NCBI GenBank assembly: GCA_029953675.1
Contig: JAMWBK010000010.1
Location: 620,001-684,000, forward strand
Reading direction: 5' to 3'
From: Rhodosorus marinus CCMP1338
Lineage: Eukaryota; Plantae; Rhodophyta
DNA: 64,000 nt
Both the position numbers and the translations under genes were made by a program. Positions within the stretch are counted from its first letter, which is position 1. Every line of letters starts with the position of its first letter. Below, piece after piece: positions 23,613-36,305 of the stretch. A model generated the notes under the pieces. That model was not told where the DNA came from and did no database searches. It saw nothing but the letters and a program-made list of their open reading frames with translations.

Positions 23613-24842
23613 TCATATTCGAACCATGAGATAATCAACTTCCACTTCCTTTGTCATGGGAATGATGAGGTCTTTATAGATCCTGACAAGTGCTTCTGGC
23701 TGGATTTTATATGTCTCCAGTGCCCCGTCGTCAGTGATGTCTTGGACATACGCGCTGGCCTTGTTGAATATTCTTTTGAGGAGGAGCTCTTCGACCTGCG
23801 ATGCAAACGAAAGCGGCATGGACGAAACCAAATTGAGTATTAGGTCATCGCGGACGTGGTATGCTTTATATCGGACAGCGTAGGGATTCGGTTTTTAGAA
23901 TGAACTACTATGATTACCTTGAAGTTGGATAGCTCGTTCCAAATGGCTTGTCGATCTTCGTTTCTGATGTGTTTTGAGTAGATGTCTGGAGCTTCGAGGA
24001 ACTTTGATTCCGCAATGAACTTCCCGTAATGTATTCGCTTCGAAATGGCCTGGTGTTGATATTTCAGTTGTTTTGGAGTTAAGGCAAAGGAGTTCCTTCT
24101 GTTCAGAGGTTCCGTAGAGGTAGTAGAGAGGTGCTCGTGTTCGGAACAATGTACCTGAAGACACGTGACGTCACATGTACAGCTTGACCCATAGTTTCCG
24201 TCGTCGCCAGGTTCGCATATCTGCGGGAGGATTGTTTGTGTATACGAGTCCCAAATTTTGTCGTTGACATTCACAGAGTTAGGTATTATGGTCTTCGGAT
24301 ATTCAAGGACGCCGGGCATGGTCGGCGATGGCAAATTTGCGCAGAATGGATGCTCATCTGGCGATTTATACCTCCTTACAGAAGCGTAAACCTTTCGGCG
24401 GGGAAGAGTGAAGAATAGAAACGATTGGCAAATTAAGCTGATATCAGCAGGAAACCCATGGGCCGTCACAATTTCATGCTCTAGCGCGATGCCAACGACG
24501 TAGGTGCAGTCGTACCTTCTCAAGTTCATACAGAAGGTACTGAGAAAAGCACCCGTTAAAACCAGGTACGGGAAGTTTATCAGAATCATAGACCGCATCG
24601 TTCATAGCGAACTGTGCGCGCTCCACGATCGCGAAGATTATCGTCTCCTCCTGCCGCACGAGGTTCTCCCGAAGATCATCCAGCCGCAACGGCTCGCCCT
24701 CCACCGGAGTCGGAATCCCATACTTTTCTCGATGCTCCCGATGAACCTCGCACCGAACTATATGCTTCCTCGAACAGCTCGATCCCAGTCGCAACTTCCT
24801 CCTTCCCCTCAAAACTCCTCCAGGAATCGATACATAACCCAT
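23613..24842 (-). CDS. CM: Chorismate mutase (eukaryotic AroQ class) with a plastid transit peptide
   Basis: LRLDDLRENLVRQEETIIF, VRRYKSPDEHPF, ISKRIHYGKFIAESKF, TKEVEVDYL. Exons 24842-24516, 24391-23918, 23795-23613. Confidence 0.95.
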
Positions 24843-25252
24843 AGCGTCCACCCTCTCCGGAAAAGAACAACCCCCCCCCCAAAAAAAGTCCACTACCTTT
24901 ATCTCTCTCTCTCTCTGCCTTCAATCCAGGATCCTTAAAATCTTGCAAAACCGTGCTTTCCTTAGGTTACAAGGAACTCAAACAGCTTCAGTCAATAGAT
25001 CTCATTCTCATCCATCTGTAGAGCAGTCCCTCTCCCTCCCTCCTCCCCCGGAACCGAACATTTCACATCGGATAACCAGCAACAAACCTCCTTCCCACCC
25101 CCTGTTGGTCCAGCAACATCCTGAATGAAATCTAGTTTACCTAAAATAAATTCCTCGACTTGGTTTTGAGATCGATGAAATGTTAGAAACAGTTTAAGGG
25201 GTTGGGCGAAGCGTAACGACGTGCTCATGTTGTTGGGAGTGAGCCTTTGAGA

Positions 25253-25495
25253 TTTTCAAGTAGACCGCTGTGGTGCCTCGTAATATCTACCACAGAATAG
25301 CGATCTACTTTGAAAAACTTGTCCATGAGGCTGCTGTTGTTCATGTTGTTCAGCTTGAAGCCCTCCCCAGTGGCGACATTCACGTTGACCGAACAGCCTG
25401 CGCAAGTACAGGGCACCGTACGGGTTGGGGACAGGTGCCGGCGTTGTCTTGACTGAGCGCACGGCTTGTAGGTTCTCAAGTAGATCGCTGCGGTG
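25253..25495. repeat. Imperfect 64-nt hairpin (25253-25316) plus a second copy of its 5' arm (25473-25495)
   Basis: ttttcaagtagaccgct...agcgatctactttgaaaa with inner stem gtggt/accac; the downstream copy reads ttctcaagtagatcgctgcggtg. Confidence 0.75.
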
Positions 25496-26472
25496 TGCTA
25501 GATAATACGAGAATGAACTCTTCACAGAGCTTTTTGTCATTTGAATCCCCCGTACACAAGGATAGACTGTTAAGATTATCAATGGTTTCGTCGTTTACTA
25601 CTTAGTACCGTACTAAACAGAGTAAAGAGATTCCTCACGCAGGGGATCGGTGAGTCCCGAGGATTTCGAACACAATTTGCAACCTGATGTCTCCACCGGC
25701 GTGTGAGCTTGGATTGAAACATTGCTCGAGCTAGTTCAGACATCAGGCACTATGTACGCTGTCCCTGTCACTCGATTTTCCAGCGCATTCATTCTGAAGG
25801 GTCTTCGCCAATATCTTGGAAGCAACCTGAGGATTTCGTCCTGCAAGCGGAAGTCCCAGAACGCCAGAATTGATCGATGAGAAAATTCCCCTGGGACGGC
25901 CGGACTCACAGACTTCCGGTCCAGAAGTCTGCCCTGGATTACATTCCTAGGTGTCCTAAACTGGTACTGATCATCCAGGCGCTGGACCATCCCCTTTGCA
26001 CAAAACTTGATCCATTCGAGAATCTCACAGCAGGGCGCTCGACCAATCTCTTCATGCACAGCACAGCAGCCTACTGTGTACTGCTTGTTCTGATTCGAGG
26101 AGAACGTAGTGGGAGCAGAGCAGTCGAAACGCTTCACTTCGTCAACCCTCGGAACTAGAAAGCAGACGAAGAGACCGAGCAGTTCCATCAAATCGAAGTC
26201 GGAGCCCTAGTACTCTTCCAGCGAGGTTCTTCAAGAACTTTGTCGGCAAACACATTCTTCAAGCAAAGCTCGGTTGGGATATCAGCAAACATCGATCAAA
26301 ACGTTTTCGCACCCTAGATATTGTCAAGGGAGCTGCATTCAAAATCTCAACGCCGGATAGCAACCCTTCCCATATTCTCAAAAGCCGTTCCAACAGCATG
26401 CAACATGACCCGAGTCACTTCTTCCACAGCCGTAGCTATGCTCCGTTCTGTCGCAAAACCCTCTAGAGCAAG

Positions 26473-27276
26473 TCACGCTGTTCGAGGTTTGCCGCCTCCG
26501 TCCAAGATATGTTTCCATCTCATGCGCCAGGACACTTGAATATCTGGACTTGTCTGGCCTTGCATCTTTATACAGCGCATCAAGACCAGGAGAAACAGAA
26601 GGCTACAAAACGCGACAATACCGAAGGCGTTCCTCACCGATTCGGCGTGAGTTCGCCTGTTGCCAGAAGCGGATGGTCTACGCCAAGAGCGTAGCTCGCT
26701 GCAATGTTTATAAGCAACCGAGTCGCAGATCTGGCCCTCAAGCATGGCACTTATGGAAGGGGACTTCGAGCATTCTCGAATGATGGATTTGCATATGACC
26801 GTCCGCGCATCACGCTCTTGGGGACGCTTGCACCAGCTCGGCTCGTTGAGGTTTTGCGGTGTGGCTTTACCGCCACTGAGTCGAACTTCTGTAGGTCTTC
26901 CGCAGGTAACCAGCGTGCCACAAAGATCCGCGTAGCAGAAACGAGCTTCCGGTGCGCGGTAATCCGTGTGACGAAGCTCTAGGTGCTTGTCCAAGTACCA
27001 ACTGCTCTTAAACTGCTTCCCGCAGAGGCCACACTTCCACAGCGACGAACCAAGTCTCACCTTGGAACGCTCTTGTTCTAACAGAGAGTCTCGCTCCTCT
27101 CGTAGAGGACATCCCGGGGGCAGCAATTCAATTTTGCCCAGAACCGGTAGAATAGACTTCCTAACTTCTTCCCTCGCACGCTGAGCAAGCTCGCGATCGC
27201 ATTCCGCGCTTCCGAAAGCTGGCAATCCCAAAACCCACAGGCTCACCCATAAAGTCAAAACCAAACTCCCTGCCAT
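26473..27276 (-). CDS. Secretory/membrane C2H2 zinc-finger-like protein of the conserved eukaryotic family similar to Arabidopsis At5g63280
   Basis: Signal peptide, CPL...EQE...WKCGLCGKQFKSSWYLDKHLELRH, CYADLCG, further cysteines and a C-terminal TM (FGIVAFCSLLFLLVL). Intronless. Confidence 0.75.
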   Translation of the reverse strand: MAGSLVLTLWVSLWVLGLPAFGSAECDRELAQRAREEVRKSILPVLGKIELLPPGCPLREERDSLLEQERSKVRLGSSLWKCGLCGKQFKSSWYLDKHLELRHTDYRAPEARFCYADLCGTLVTCGRPTEVRLSGGKATPQNLNEPSWCKRPQERDARTVICKSIIRECSKSPSISAMLEGQICDSVAYKHCSELRSWRRPSASGNRRTHAESVRNAFGIVAFCSLLFLLVLMRCIKMQGQTSPDIQVSWRMRWKHILDGGGKPRTA

Positions 27277-28157
27277 CGCCGAGAGACCTTCCAACGAACT
27301 TCGGATAAAGTCCAGTCAAGGCACATTTCCCATCAACGAGCTCCTGAACTAGAAACCTCTCCCAGGCCTCAAGAGCGCTCTACTTTGCTCTCATCTTGCA
27401 CTCAACTTCTCTGTGGGCTTTGCCACGTCGAACCTGTCCTCTCTCCGGAGCCAAAGTGATGTCCGCGTGAGAAACTCAAAGCTCCGTCGGCTCCGCACCG
27501 ACGGAGTTTTGCTGCGTCACGTTCGTGTGAAGGAGCCATACGAATTGTGCTTCAACCTCTTGAGAGACCGACGCCTTGTCCCAATAGCGTAAAGGACTAG
27601 TATCTGTGAGCAAACGGATGGTGATCATAAGCGACCAAGCTGCCGCAGAGACCTATAAACCTCCGTTTGCATCGCGCGGTGACGTGAGAAGCTCAAGAAG
27701 TTCTCTCACTTACTACCGCTTGCGGGTTTGGAAAGTACTGTTCCAAATGCTCATCCGCCAAAAGGCATGGCGTTTTGAAAAGGCTTCCGGAGCCACTGGA
27801 AGAGGACGTGCGGACAAGACGGTACGTACATTGTAGAGCAGGCTGGATGAATTTGGACCAAGCTGGAACATATTCTATATTATACAGGTGGACGCGATCC
27901 CGAGCACACGCTGCTGCTCTTAGGTCTTTGCATCCGTCTTTCATCGTCACCGACTATTATCTATATATAATATCTCACTTCAGTTACTACAAAGAGGGTT
28001 CAAAAGGTAGAGAACATAATCTACATGGTATTGCGTCAGGCACGGCACAGCGAAAAGCTATCCAAACTTTTGTGTGCAAGTTTTCTGGTTATCGAACACA
28101 GTATTGGGGGAGGAAGAGCCGGAGCGAATTGTCAGGGAAACTTTGCATATCTGTACA

Positions 28158-31100
28158 TCACAATTCCTCCGTCCAGATGCTCTCGTCATCCAACAGGGCT
28201 TTGGCTTTGTCGTCAACATCCTGCGCTTGGTCTACCGATGGTGTAGTTGGATCGCCCTTTCTTCTCACAGAGTCGATTCCCTCCATGCCCCGTAGGGACT
28301 CCAGCACTAGCGTGAGTGCATCGATATCTTCAATCAAGAATTCGTAGGCGAGCGTCGCGTACCCAGTCGCATAGCTTGATGACGCGGATTTGACAATCGG
28401 TTTTCCTAGTTCGGTTATGCAACTCGACACTGCCGCAAGCAGGCCAACACTATCCTTTGCCTCAATCACAGCTTGAACGGGGCACAGATCTATGTCGTCC
28501 GTATTGTTCCAGTCAAAGTCTTCTACGAGAGCTGAGCCTCCTGCTTCCAACTAGCAAAATTAACGCAACGGTAAACAGTGAGCTCTGAAATGTCAAAAAA
28601 AATTGGGCGCGATTCAGAAAGAACGCAACTTTCTAGTTAACCTCACCTTGTCCAAGCCCGAACAATGCGCTCTGTGGATGGTCAACGAATTGGGGCTGTG
28701 AACACTTCGCAACGCCTTGACTTTGTCCCCACGAACGGGCCGGCAACACGTAGCCAAGGAAGGGACGACTTCCTCATCGTCGAGATCCGCGGGAGCTTCA
28801 GTCTCTTGCAACCCGTTGTCAGTCCAGGTCGGTGACTCTGAACTATCCCGAAACACTTTAGCCCTTCGATCCCTCAGCAGATCGAGCACCACGGGCTCAA
28901 GCTCTGTATCACCACCGTCGATAACAGCGAAACTCGATAAGGCAACGTAAAGATCTTCCACGTTTCGAAGGGGTTTGCCGTTTACAGTGCTCTGAATGGA
29001 CGGAAGGATCTCGCGAATACCGGCATCCGATGGAACGGGTTCCAGCCTCGTCCGAGCGGCTTCTTTCAGAATACGCCTACCAGCCTCCATCTGCGAGCCC
29101 CGTTCCTTCTCGCGGAGCAGCTTCCTGATCTTTGATCGGGCAGTCCGGGTCTTCGCGAAGTCAAGCCAATCCAGCGACGGACCAGGCGCCGAAGGATCTG
29201 TCATAATTTCGACCAAGTCAGCGTTTTGGAGCTTGTGGTCCAGCCCAACGGTCCTTCCATTAACATGGGAACCTATCATTCTATGTCCAACCTCAGAATG
29301 TATTCTATACGCAACATCCACAGGTGTTGAATCCTTGGGCAGATCTATGATGCGACCTTTCGGAGTAAAGATATGCACCCGATTGCCAAGGAGGTCGTAG
29401 CGCACGGCGTCTACCAAGTCTCTCGAAGAATCTGAGAACTCGTGACAGTATTCTCGTATAGACCTGAGCCACAAAGTAATCCTCTGACGCCAATTTCTAT
29501 CCGACACTACCCCGCCAGACTCTGGATCAGAGGAGAATACGTCAACCGCAATACCTTCCTCGGCAATCTTGTGCATTGACTTGGTTCGGATGTGTATGTC
29601 CAACGGCACAAATCGAGTATTCGGTCCGTGTAATACTGTTGTATGCAACGATTGATACCCGTTTGGCTTTGGGAACGCGATATAATCCTTCATGCGTCCT
29701 GGAAGCGGCTGCCACAGCTCGTGAATCCTTCCCAGCACATGATAGCAAGCGTTCTTCTCGAAAGCAGACTGTTTCGACTTGTCCTCGTCATCCATCTGTA
29801 CCCCGATCACCACGACTAGTGTCGAGAGGTCGAGCATGGTTGGGAGAGCCTCGCCTCTTCGAATCTTCTGGTATATCGAATAGAGCGGCTTCATTGTCCT
29901 GATTACCTCCAGGGAGTTGACTCGTGGAGACACATTCTTCGGAATCAAAAAGTCGTCGTTCGTGAGCAGCTCGGACAAGGTCTCCTGGGCCTCCTGGAGG
30001 TAGTACTCGTGATTCGAGCGTCGGTAAAGAGATTCCACATCCTTTCGAAGCTTTTCATACTCCTCCGGATAAAGATACTTAAACGACAGTTCCTCCTAAT
30101 GTTGTCGAATCGAACACGGGAGTGAGACTCAAGAACAATCAGCTTGAAGTTCAATCAACACTGATTGCACTAGCAAACTAGAAAAGGGTCTTTCTTACCA
30201 ATTCACTTTTGATTCGGCGCATGCCCAATCGGTGGGCAAGGGGCGCGAAAAAGTCCAAAGTTTCCGCAGCGATCTTCTTCTGCTTCTCAGGTTTCATAAA
30301 CTGCAGCGTCCGCATGTTGTGAAGCCTATCTGCTAGCTTAACAATGATGACTCGTACATCTTCTGTCATTGCCAAGAACATGTTTCTTAAGTATTCAGCC
30401 TGCTTGTCGACCTCCTCCTCCTTCTTCCCCCCAACAAGAGCCCCCATCTCCATTGGAGTAAGGACGTGCACGTTCTTTCCGAAAACTTTCTCATCCTGAT
30501 CTGCGACTACTGTGGGCTGGGTACTGGTCTGCACACTTTTGTGAACTTTGCTCGCCAGCTTCGAAAACTTTGTTTCACCCTCGACTATCTTTCGCACGTC
30601 GGTACCAAATAGGCTCTATTGAAAAAGGCAAGCACAATGAGCAAAACACATGAGCACTTTCTCTCCACTCCTATACAATGACGCAAGAGACTAGGCACCG
30701 TATCCGAAAACCCGCCGCAGAAAAGCCTGGACTTCCGCCGCGCCTTCACGCTATGTTTGCCCGAAGCGAGAAGCGGATGGACGTGATTCCTCTTTCGTGA
30801 TTTCGAATCCTTACCTCGAGCTCATCCAAAGTAACTGGAGTGTCCTCCACTGTGTCGTGTAAAAGCCCGGCAACTAGCGTATCACGGTCAAGTCTTAGCT
30901 CGGCCAAAATCACTGCAACTGCTACTGGGTGAATAATAAATGGCTCGCCGCTTTTCCTTAGCTGGCCCTCGTGGGCAATATCCGCCAAAGTCAGTGCCTT
31001 GAGAATTCGCTCTCTGCATTGTGGTCGCAAGTATCCAATCCTCGGGTGAAGATCATCCATATACCTCAAAATTGCAGAATCGGAGGCGGTAATTCGCCCG

Positions 31101-31303
31101 TTGTCCCCGTTGACCTTGACATTCATGGACGTGATGCTGCCCCCTGCAATCTCCGCACCGGATTCCAGCAGGGACTCGTTCCCTAGACACATCACGGCGG
31201 TGTCTCCTGTTCTTGGACGCCATCGCTTCTCGGCATCATACCAAGTTTTTTGCCTTCTCCACCATTCCGAAGACCAGTGACAAACAAAGCCCGCACTATT
31301 CAT
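28158..31303 (-). CDS. RSH: Long-form RelA/SpoT homolog (HD-SYN-TGS-ZFD-ACT), plastid-targeted
   Basis: [58 protein letters not shown]...[22 protein letters not shown]...[18 protein letters not shown]. Exons 31303-30815, 30615-30199, 30095-28647, 28550-28158. Confidence 0.95.
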
Positions 31304-33793
31304 TTCCACGTCCTTCCGCCCTTCCCCCCCAAAAACCGCCACCTTCTTCAATCAAACAACCGGCGACCTAAATCCCTGTCCATTCCCTTTAAAAAAAATA
31401 ACGCTCAAACCGCTTCAAAAATACTGCACAAAACTTCGCTGTCTCCCCGGCACGACTGGATCAGAGCCCCAAAACCCACTGCGAACAAACTTCCAGATCT
31501 CCCCCAAATCAACAAGCTCAGTGACACCTCCCGACCAAGCTTCGCCGCCACGAAGCTAATACAACAAACCCCATATGGTTCCTACAACGACCGCACAACC
31601 CATGAAGCTCATCACCCACTCCTTTCTAAAAAAAAAAACGTCCCTCAAAGAAAAAAACAAAACCCAAGCCCGTTTCTGATCAAAAAACAACGCCCTTCGT
31701 TTCCACAAGCATTACCAGAGCATTATGTCAACGTCCTTCTGCTCTAAAATCTTCATTTCAATATCAGTTCCAACTCAACACCCCCTTCTCCTCCACCCTC
31801 CCCTCCCCCAACCCTTCTAAAAAGTAAAAAAACCACATCACCATCAGCCGCCCTCCCGCAAAACGGCTGTGGTTCCCCATCCATCGTCTTCGCGAGCTCA
31901 AAAGAGAAAATATAACCAGAAAGTAAATTCCTCCCAACCCAGAATTCACATATAAACTTTACCCCTCCTATAAAAGTTCTCTATTCCACGATCAAAACTC
32001 CACTTTTCGCCTTTGCGGAGCTGATTTGCAGTAATGAATAAAACTCCGAGAGGGGGTTAGAGATGATCGGGCTATTAGGAACGGGTAAACTAGTTGCTAC
32101 TGTACAAATAGGCAGGGAAACGGGGTATTGTTTTTAATCTATGCATTAAATAGACTTCATTATCTCACTTATTTTGATTACTTTCCGTGACACAAAGACA
32201 TGAATTATTTCTATAATATAATAATGCGCTTGTTTTAATCTGAGTAAATTATAGTTTATATTTTGCTTTTGTAGATAGTACTAGGAACGATGTTTAGTGG
32301 GCATGGCGGACGCGTAAATTTCCTCTGGCGGGTGCAAAAGGGATGCCATGACTTTTAAAGATAGTATAAATGATATAGAAATTTGGTTTGTTCAGTTGGG
32401 GTAAATTTTTTGGGGGGATTTAGGGCACACACACCGCCATAGCCAACCCCCCTGAAAAGTCTTAAGGTCAAACCGCCTCCACCGTCGGAAATTGGCTTAT
32501 GTTCATCAATATTTCAATTATTTCCCCCCTTTCCAACATTGTCCTCCGCTTTCCCCTGCTCAGACGAAAAGGGCAACAGAAAGTGCTCTCCGCGCCAAAT
32601 ATTATAATGAATCGATGAAATAGTTGACAGTCTCCTGGACAATTTAATATAAAGACGAGCCCCAAAGAGGGCCTCCTCTACCTGCGTGTGTCCCATGAGA
32701 ACGAGGGGGGTAAAGACTACCACCTCCCTCCCATCAAAAGTAACGCAAGAAAAAACGAGTTGACGAATGCTATTTATTTTCTTCCATTATAGGCGGTTTT
32801 TACTTTCATCCAATCGTTTCCTGGTCTTTTTGCTTGGTCATGGAATAGACAGACTGTCCAGCTTGATTCCGGTTTTTGTTTTACAAAAAAAGAATTTGTT
32901 GCCCACATTCGACGTCCACAACCCCTGTTTTCCGGATTTAAAATACTGTTCTTAAATGGTAAATCTAAAGTTTTTCTGCCCTTTTTTTCATTCTAGTAGG
33001 GCCTGGCTACCCCACCAGGTAGAGTTGTAACTCCTTACGGCATATACACGAAATTTTTTTGTCACATGTTTGAAACATTTTTTGAAAACAATTAGGTAAC
33101 TTACGCGTAATCACAGGTAATCAATTTCGAGGCGGCTTCATTGGACTGTTCGAAAGAGGCTGAAAATGACATATACTGTACGGCCAATTTTTCAGTATTC
33201 TGAATCTGATTGAATTTAGACCGCTCGAGTACACCGTGGCATAGTTCGGCGAGGGTTTTCTAGTGCAAACACTGGATGGCTGGATGCCTGGTGAGGTGGA
33301 GAAACTTGTGGGAACGATGACAGGACCCATTGGATCAATACCTCCCAGATTTCACGGTCCTCCCTAACGTATCAAGTCTGAGATTATCCAATTCCAGTAC
33401 ATCTGTCTCGAGCTATTGACGAAAGGCCAGACCTATGCTGTACCGATCTCGTTGTCTTGAACGTTCCAGAAGATGCTGAGTGCACTTTTGAGTTGTTTGT
33501 TGAACGAAGATTTCGCTTATGGCTTCTTCTGAGAGAATCATATCGGACCTCCTATGATAAACCCGACGCTCGCGGTTGCAAAAAGCCTCCCGTATTGTTG
33601 TACATAGTGTTTAGCGGTGGACGGCACTTGAGAGCTTCAGGGATTGCGCTGACCCACTTCCAGACATTGCAATGACCAATTTTCATTTTCGTTCTCGCTT
33701 CAGGTCTATTCGCTGTTTTCTTATGTTACACTGAAATGTACGAAGCCAATCTTGAAGAGCCCAATTTCGCACTTCCCCAGGTTGAGGCTCTAT

Positions 33794-36305
33794 CTAGGAT
33801 CGGAAGGTCATGCTCAGCAGCTGTCGGAGGGATTGGATATCCAAAAAATTCACCGCTGAATTGAAGACCCTTCCCGCTAAGTGTCTCTGCACAGGGTTGA
33901 CATCTGATCCATCGTAATCCGTCATCAGCAACATCTCCGGCTTTCCTAATTCTCCCAGGCTCATCGCTGCAACACCCGCAGGGTTGGCCGTTGATGACCT
34001 GAAAAGCCCGAGAAGACCTCCAAAACCTCGCCGACTTCTCAACTCTACGATCCTACCCGCATCCTTAATGTTCGCCTTCTCCTTCGCCAAGTTGATTGCA
34101 AGATTCAAGCCACCAATTTCATCCACAAGCCCGCGCTCCCTATTAGATTATTTAGCAGTAGCAAGACACCGCGGGTTAGATAATAAAGCAACCGCACGAC
34201 AACTTGCGGATTCGCCGTTAAGTAGATTTCGCCAAAGCGGATCCGCTTACTTGGCCTGCAAACCAGTCCACACGCGGCCCCGGGCTAACTTGTTCATTTC
34301 GTCATACGTCATGCCGCGGCTTTCGGCTGCTTTGGAAACAAAGCTCTTGTACGCGTATTGAGCGCCCTGAGCAAAGTAGTCCTCCTCTGCTTCCGTGAAT
34401 GGTCGATTATCCACCTCGAGCTCGGCGTACTTGCCGATTGAGATATTTTCTCGCACAAACCCGATTCTGTCGAACAAATCCTTCAGAGACAGCTTGGCAC
34501 TGACCACGCCAATAGATCCGGTGAGCGTTAACTCTTCCGCAACAATCTGTGGTAAAAGCAAGTACCAGCAGTGAGCTATGAATTGTCTTGTGATCTCCTG
34601 TGTACGCTGGATCTGGATTCGAAAGGTCCCAAAAACCTACCGTGTCACAAGCCATTGCAAGGTAGTAGCCTCCGCTCGCTGCTACATCAGCCATAGATGC
34701 AATCACAGGCTTCTTCTTGGCGAGAGCCTTCAGTTCGTTCCACATCACGTCCGCTGCGAGAGAGACACCGCCGGGAGAATCAACCCTTATAACGACTGCT
34801 TTAACGAAATCCGAATCGATCGCAGTCCGCACCGTCTCAATGAATGAGTCGCTACCGCAAGTCCCGCCCGTGACTGGGTTGGACCCGTTCTTTCCAAGGG
34901 TAATTGCTCCACAGGCCCTAATGACCGCAATGCAGCTTTTACCCTGCAACGCCAACGTCTTCGCCCTAACCCGAGTGTACTTTCTCCAGCCGACTGACCG
35001 CAACGGCCTTTTGAGTTTGGCCTCCGTCGTTCTGCCCTTGTTGAACCTGAAAGTGGAACTCAGAATTGACGTCAGTGCTCGAGAAAAAGAAGCTGCCCTT
35101 CTGCATTTCCATTGCTGATTTCGGATCCACTCACTCTTCCTTTAACTTGTCAACCAGCGTACTTTCGTACATGATATCCGTGACCCAGCCCCCTTCCTTG
35201 TACTCCTCCATGAGCTGAGGAGCAGCGTCGAGGATCGCCTTAACATCATCCTCTGACTTTTTCCTAACTTTGGCAACGTCATGGATGAAGCGATCGTACT
35301 GCTGCTCCATGATGGAGTTCAGTACTTCCCGCTGAGCTTCGGACATGCTTGTCCTTGCCAACTGATCGCCTGCACTCTTGTATTCGCCAATCCTTTGGAC
35401 CTACGCCACAAAAGCGAAGAAAATCGTCGTTAGCAATCTATGGTGCGTAAAGGTCGCGATTAAAACTTGCCCATTCATCACTGAACGCGATAAGGGTTGA
35501 CATGGCAATCAATCCAATGGAGGGAGCCTCTCGGTCAAGATCGTAGTTCGATTGTCATTATTGTTCCATGCTGCTCGTTCCATGGGAAGTGCATCGGACG
35601 GATTGGCCCTTCAGCCGTTCTTACCTGTGGCTCCACTCCAATCTTCTCCAAAACCCCTCGGACGAAGGTACCAGCTGCATTAAATCCTCGCAGTGAGAGA
35701 ATAGCTTCCGGGGGGACGAAAACTTCATCCGCGCTCAATGATAGGAAATACTCCTTCACTCCACCAAGCTGCGTATATGCAACCAGTTTCTTCCCACTTT
35801 GTCTGAAGAACTCCATGTGTCGGCGGACTTCCTCAAGTTTAGCATAGCCACATGCTAGAGGCTCAATTTTCAAGTATACGGCTGAAATCCGAGGATCGTG
35901 TGCAGCATGTATCAAGTTTGTGGTCAGCTCCGGTAAGGAGGGTGATTCAGGAGGTTGAGAAAAGAGCGACGTCATTGGTCTCTGATCAGGAAGGGCTCCG
36001 CTAACCGTCATACACAGTACGGATCCCTTCTTGACTCTGCCCCTTATCGCAAAGAAAAATCTTGTCGATCTGAGCAGTTTTCTCAAGGGATTCTTAACGG
36101 GCTCAAACACCAGCTCCTCCTTCACCTCCACTCCCTCAGGCGACTCCACCTCAGTTTCAATATCTAGCACAGAAGCAGCCATCCTCACGCGCCCACTGTG
36201 CCGAAACTCCACCCTGGGTCTCACAACACCACAGGAAACGGCACGCCCCCGCTGACTGTTCACACCAGGGCTTGATCCGGCAAGCGCAGGAACAAAGCAA
36301 TTCAT
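33794..36305 (-). CDS. SPPA: Signal peptide peptidase A / protease IV (67-kDa two-domain SppA), plastid-targeted
   Basis: GEYKSAGD (catalytic Lys), RVDSPGG, DVAASGGYY (catalytic Ser), TGSIGV, GRVWTGLQAK, GLVDEIGG. Exons 36305-35625, 35400-35135, 35046-34641, 34546-34251, 34139-33794. Confidence 0.93.

Noticed and set aside
25736-26191. 151-aa ORF on the minus strand as a real gene
   Set aside because: No recognisable motif, a non-ATG start in the track and no convincing splice model linking it to neighbouring ORFs.
27370-27415. U6-like string on the minus strand (ACAGAGAAG...TGCAAGATGA..GCAAA)
   Set aside because: It lacks the AGC triad context, the internal stem-loop, the 5' stem and the oligo-U end, and lies in the leader of the zinc-finger gene; probably chance.
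23613-36305. Operon-like cluster of plastid-targeted genes (CM, RSH, SppA)
   Set aside because: The genes are separated by unrelated genes and their own promoter islands, share no pathway, and plastid-targeted genes are common in algal genomes.
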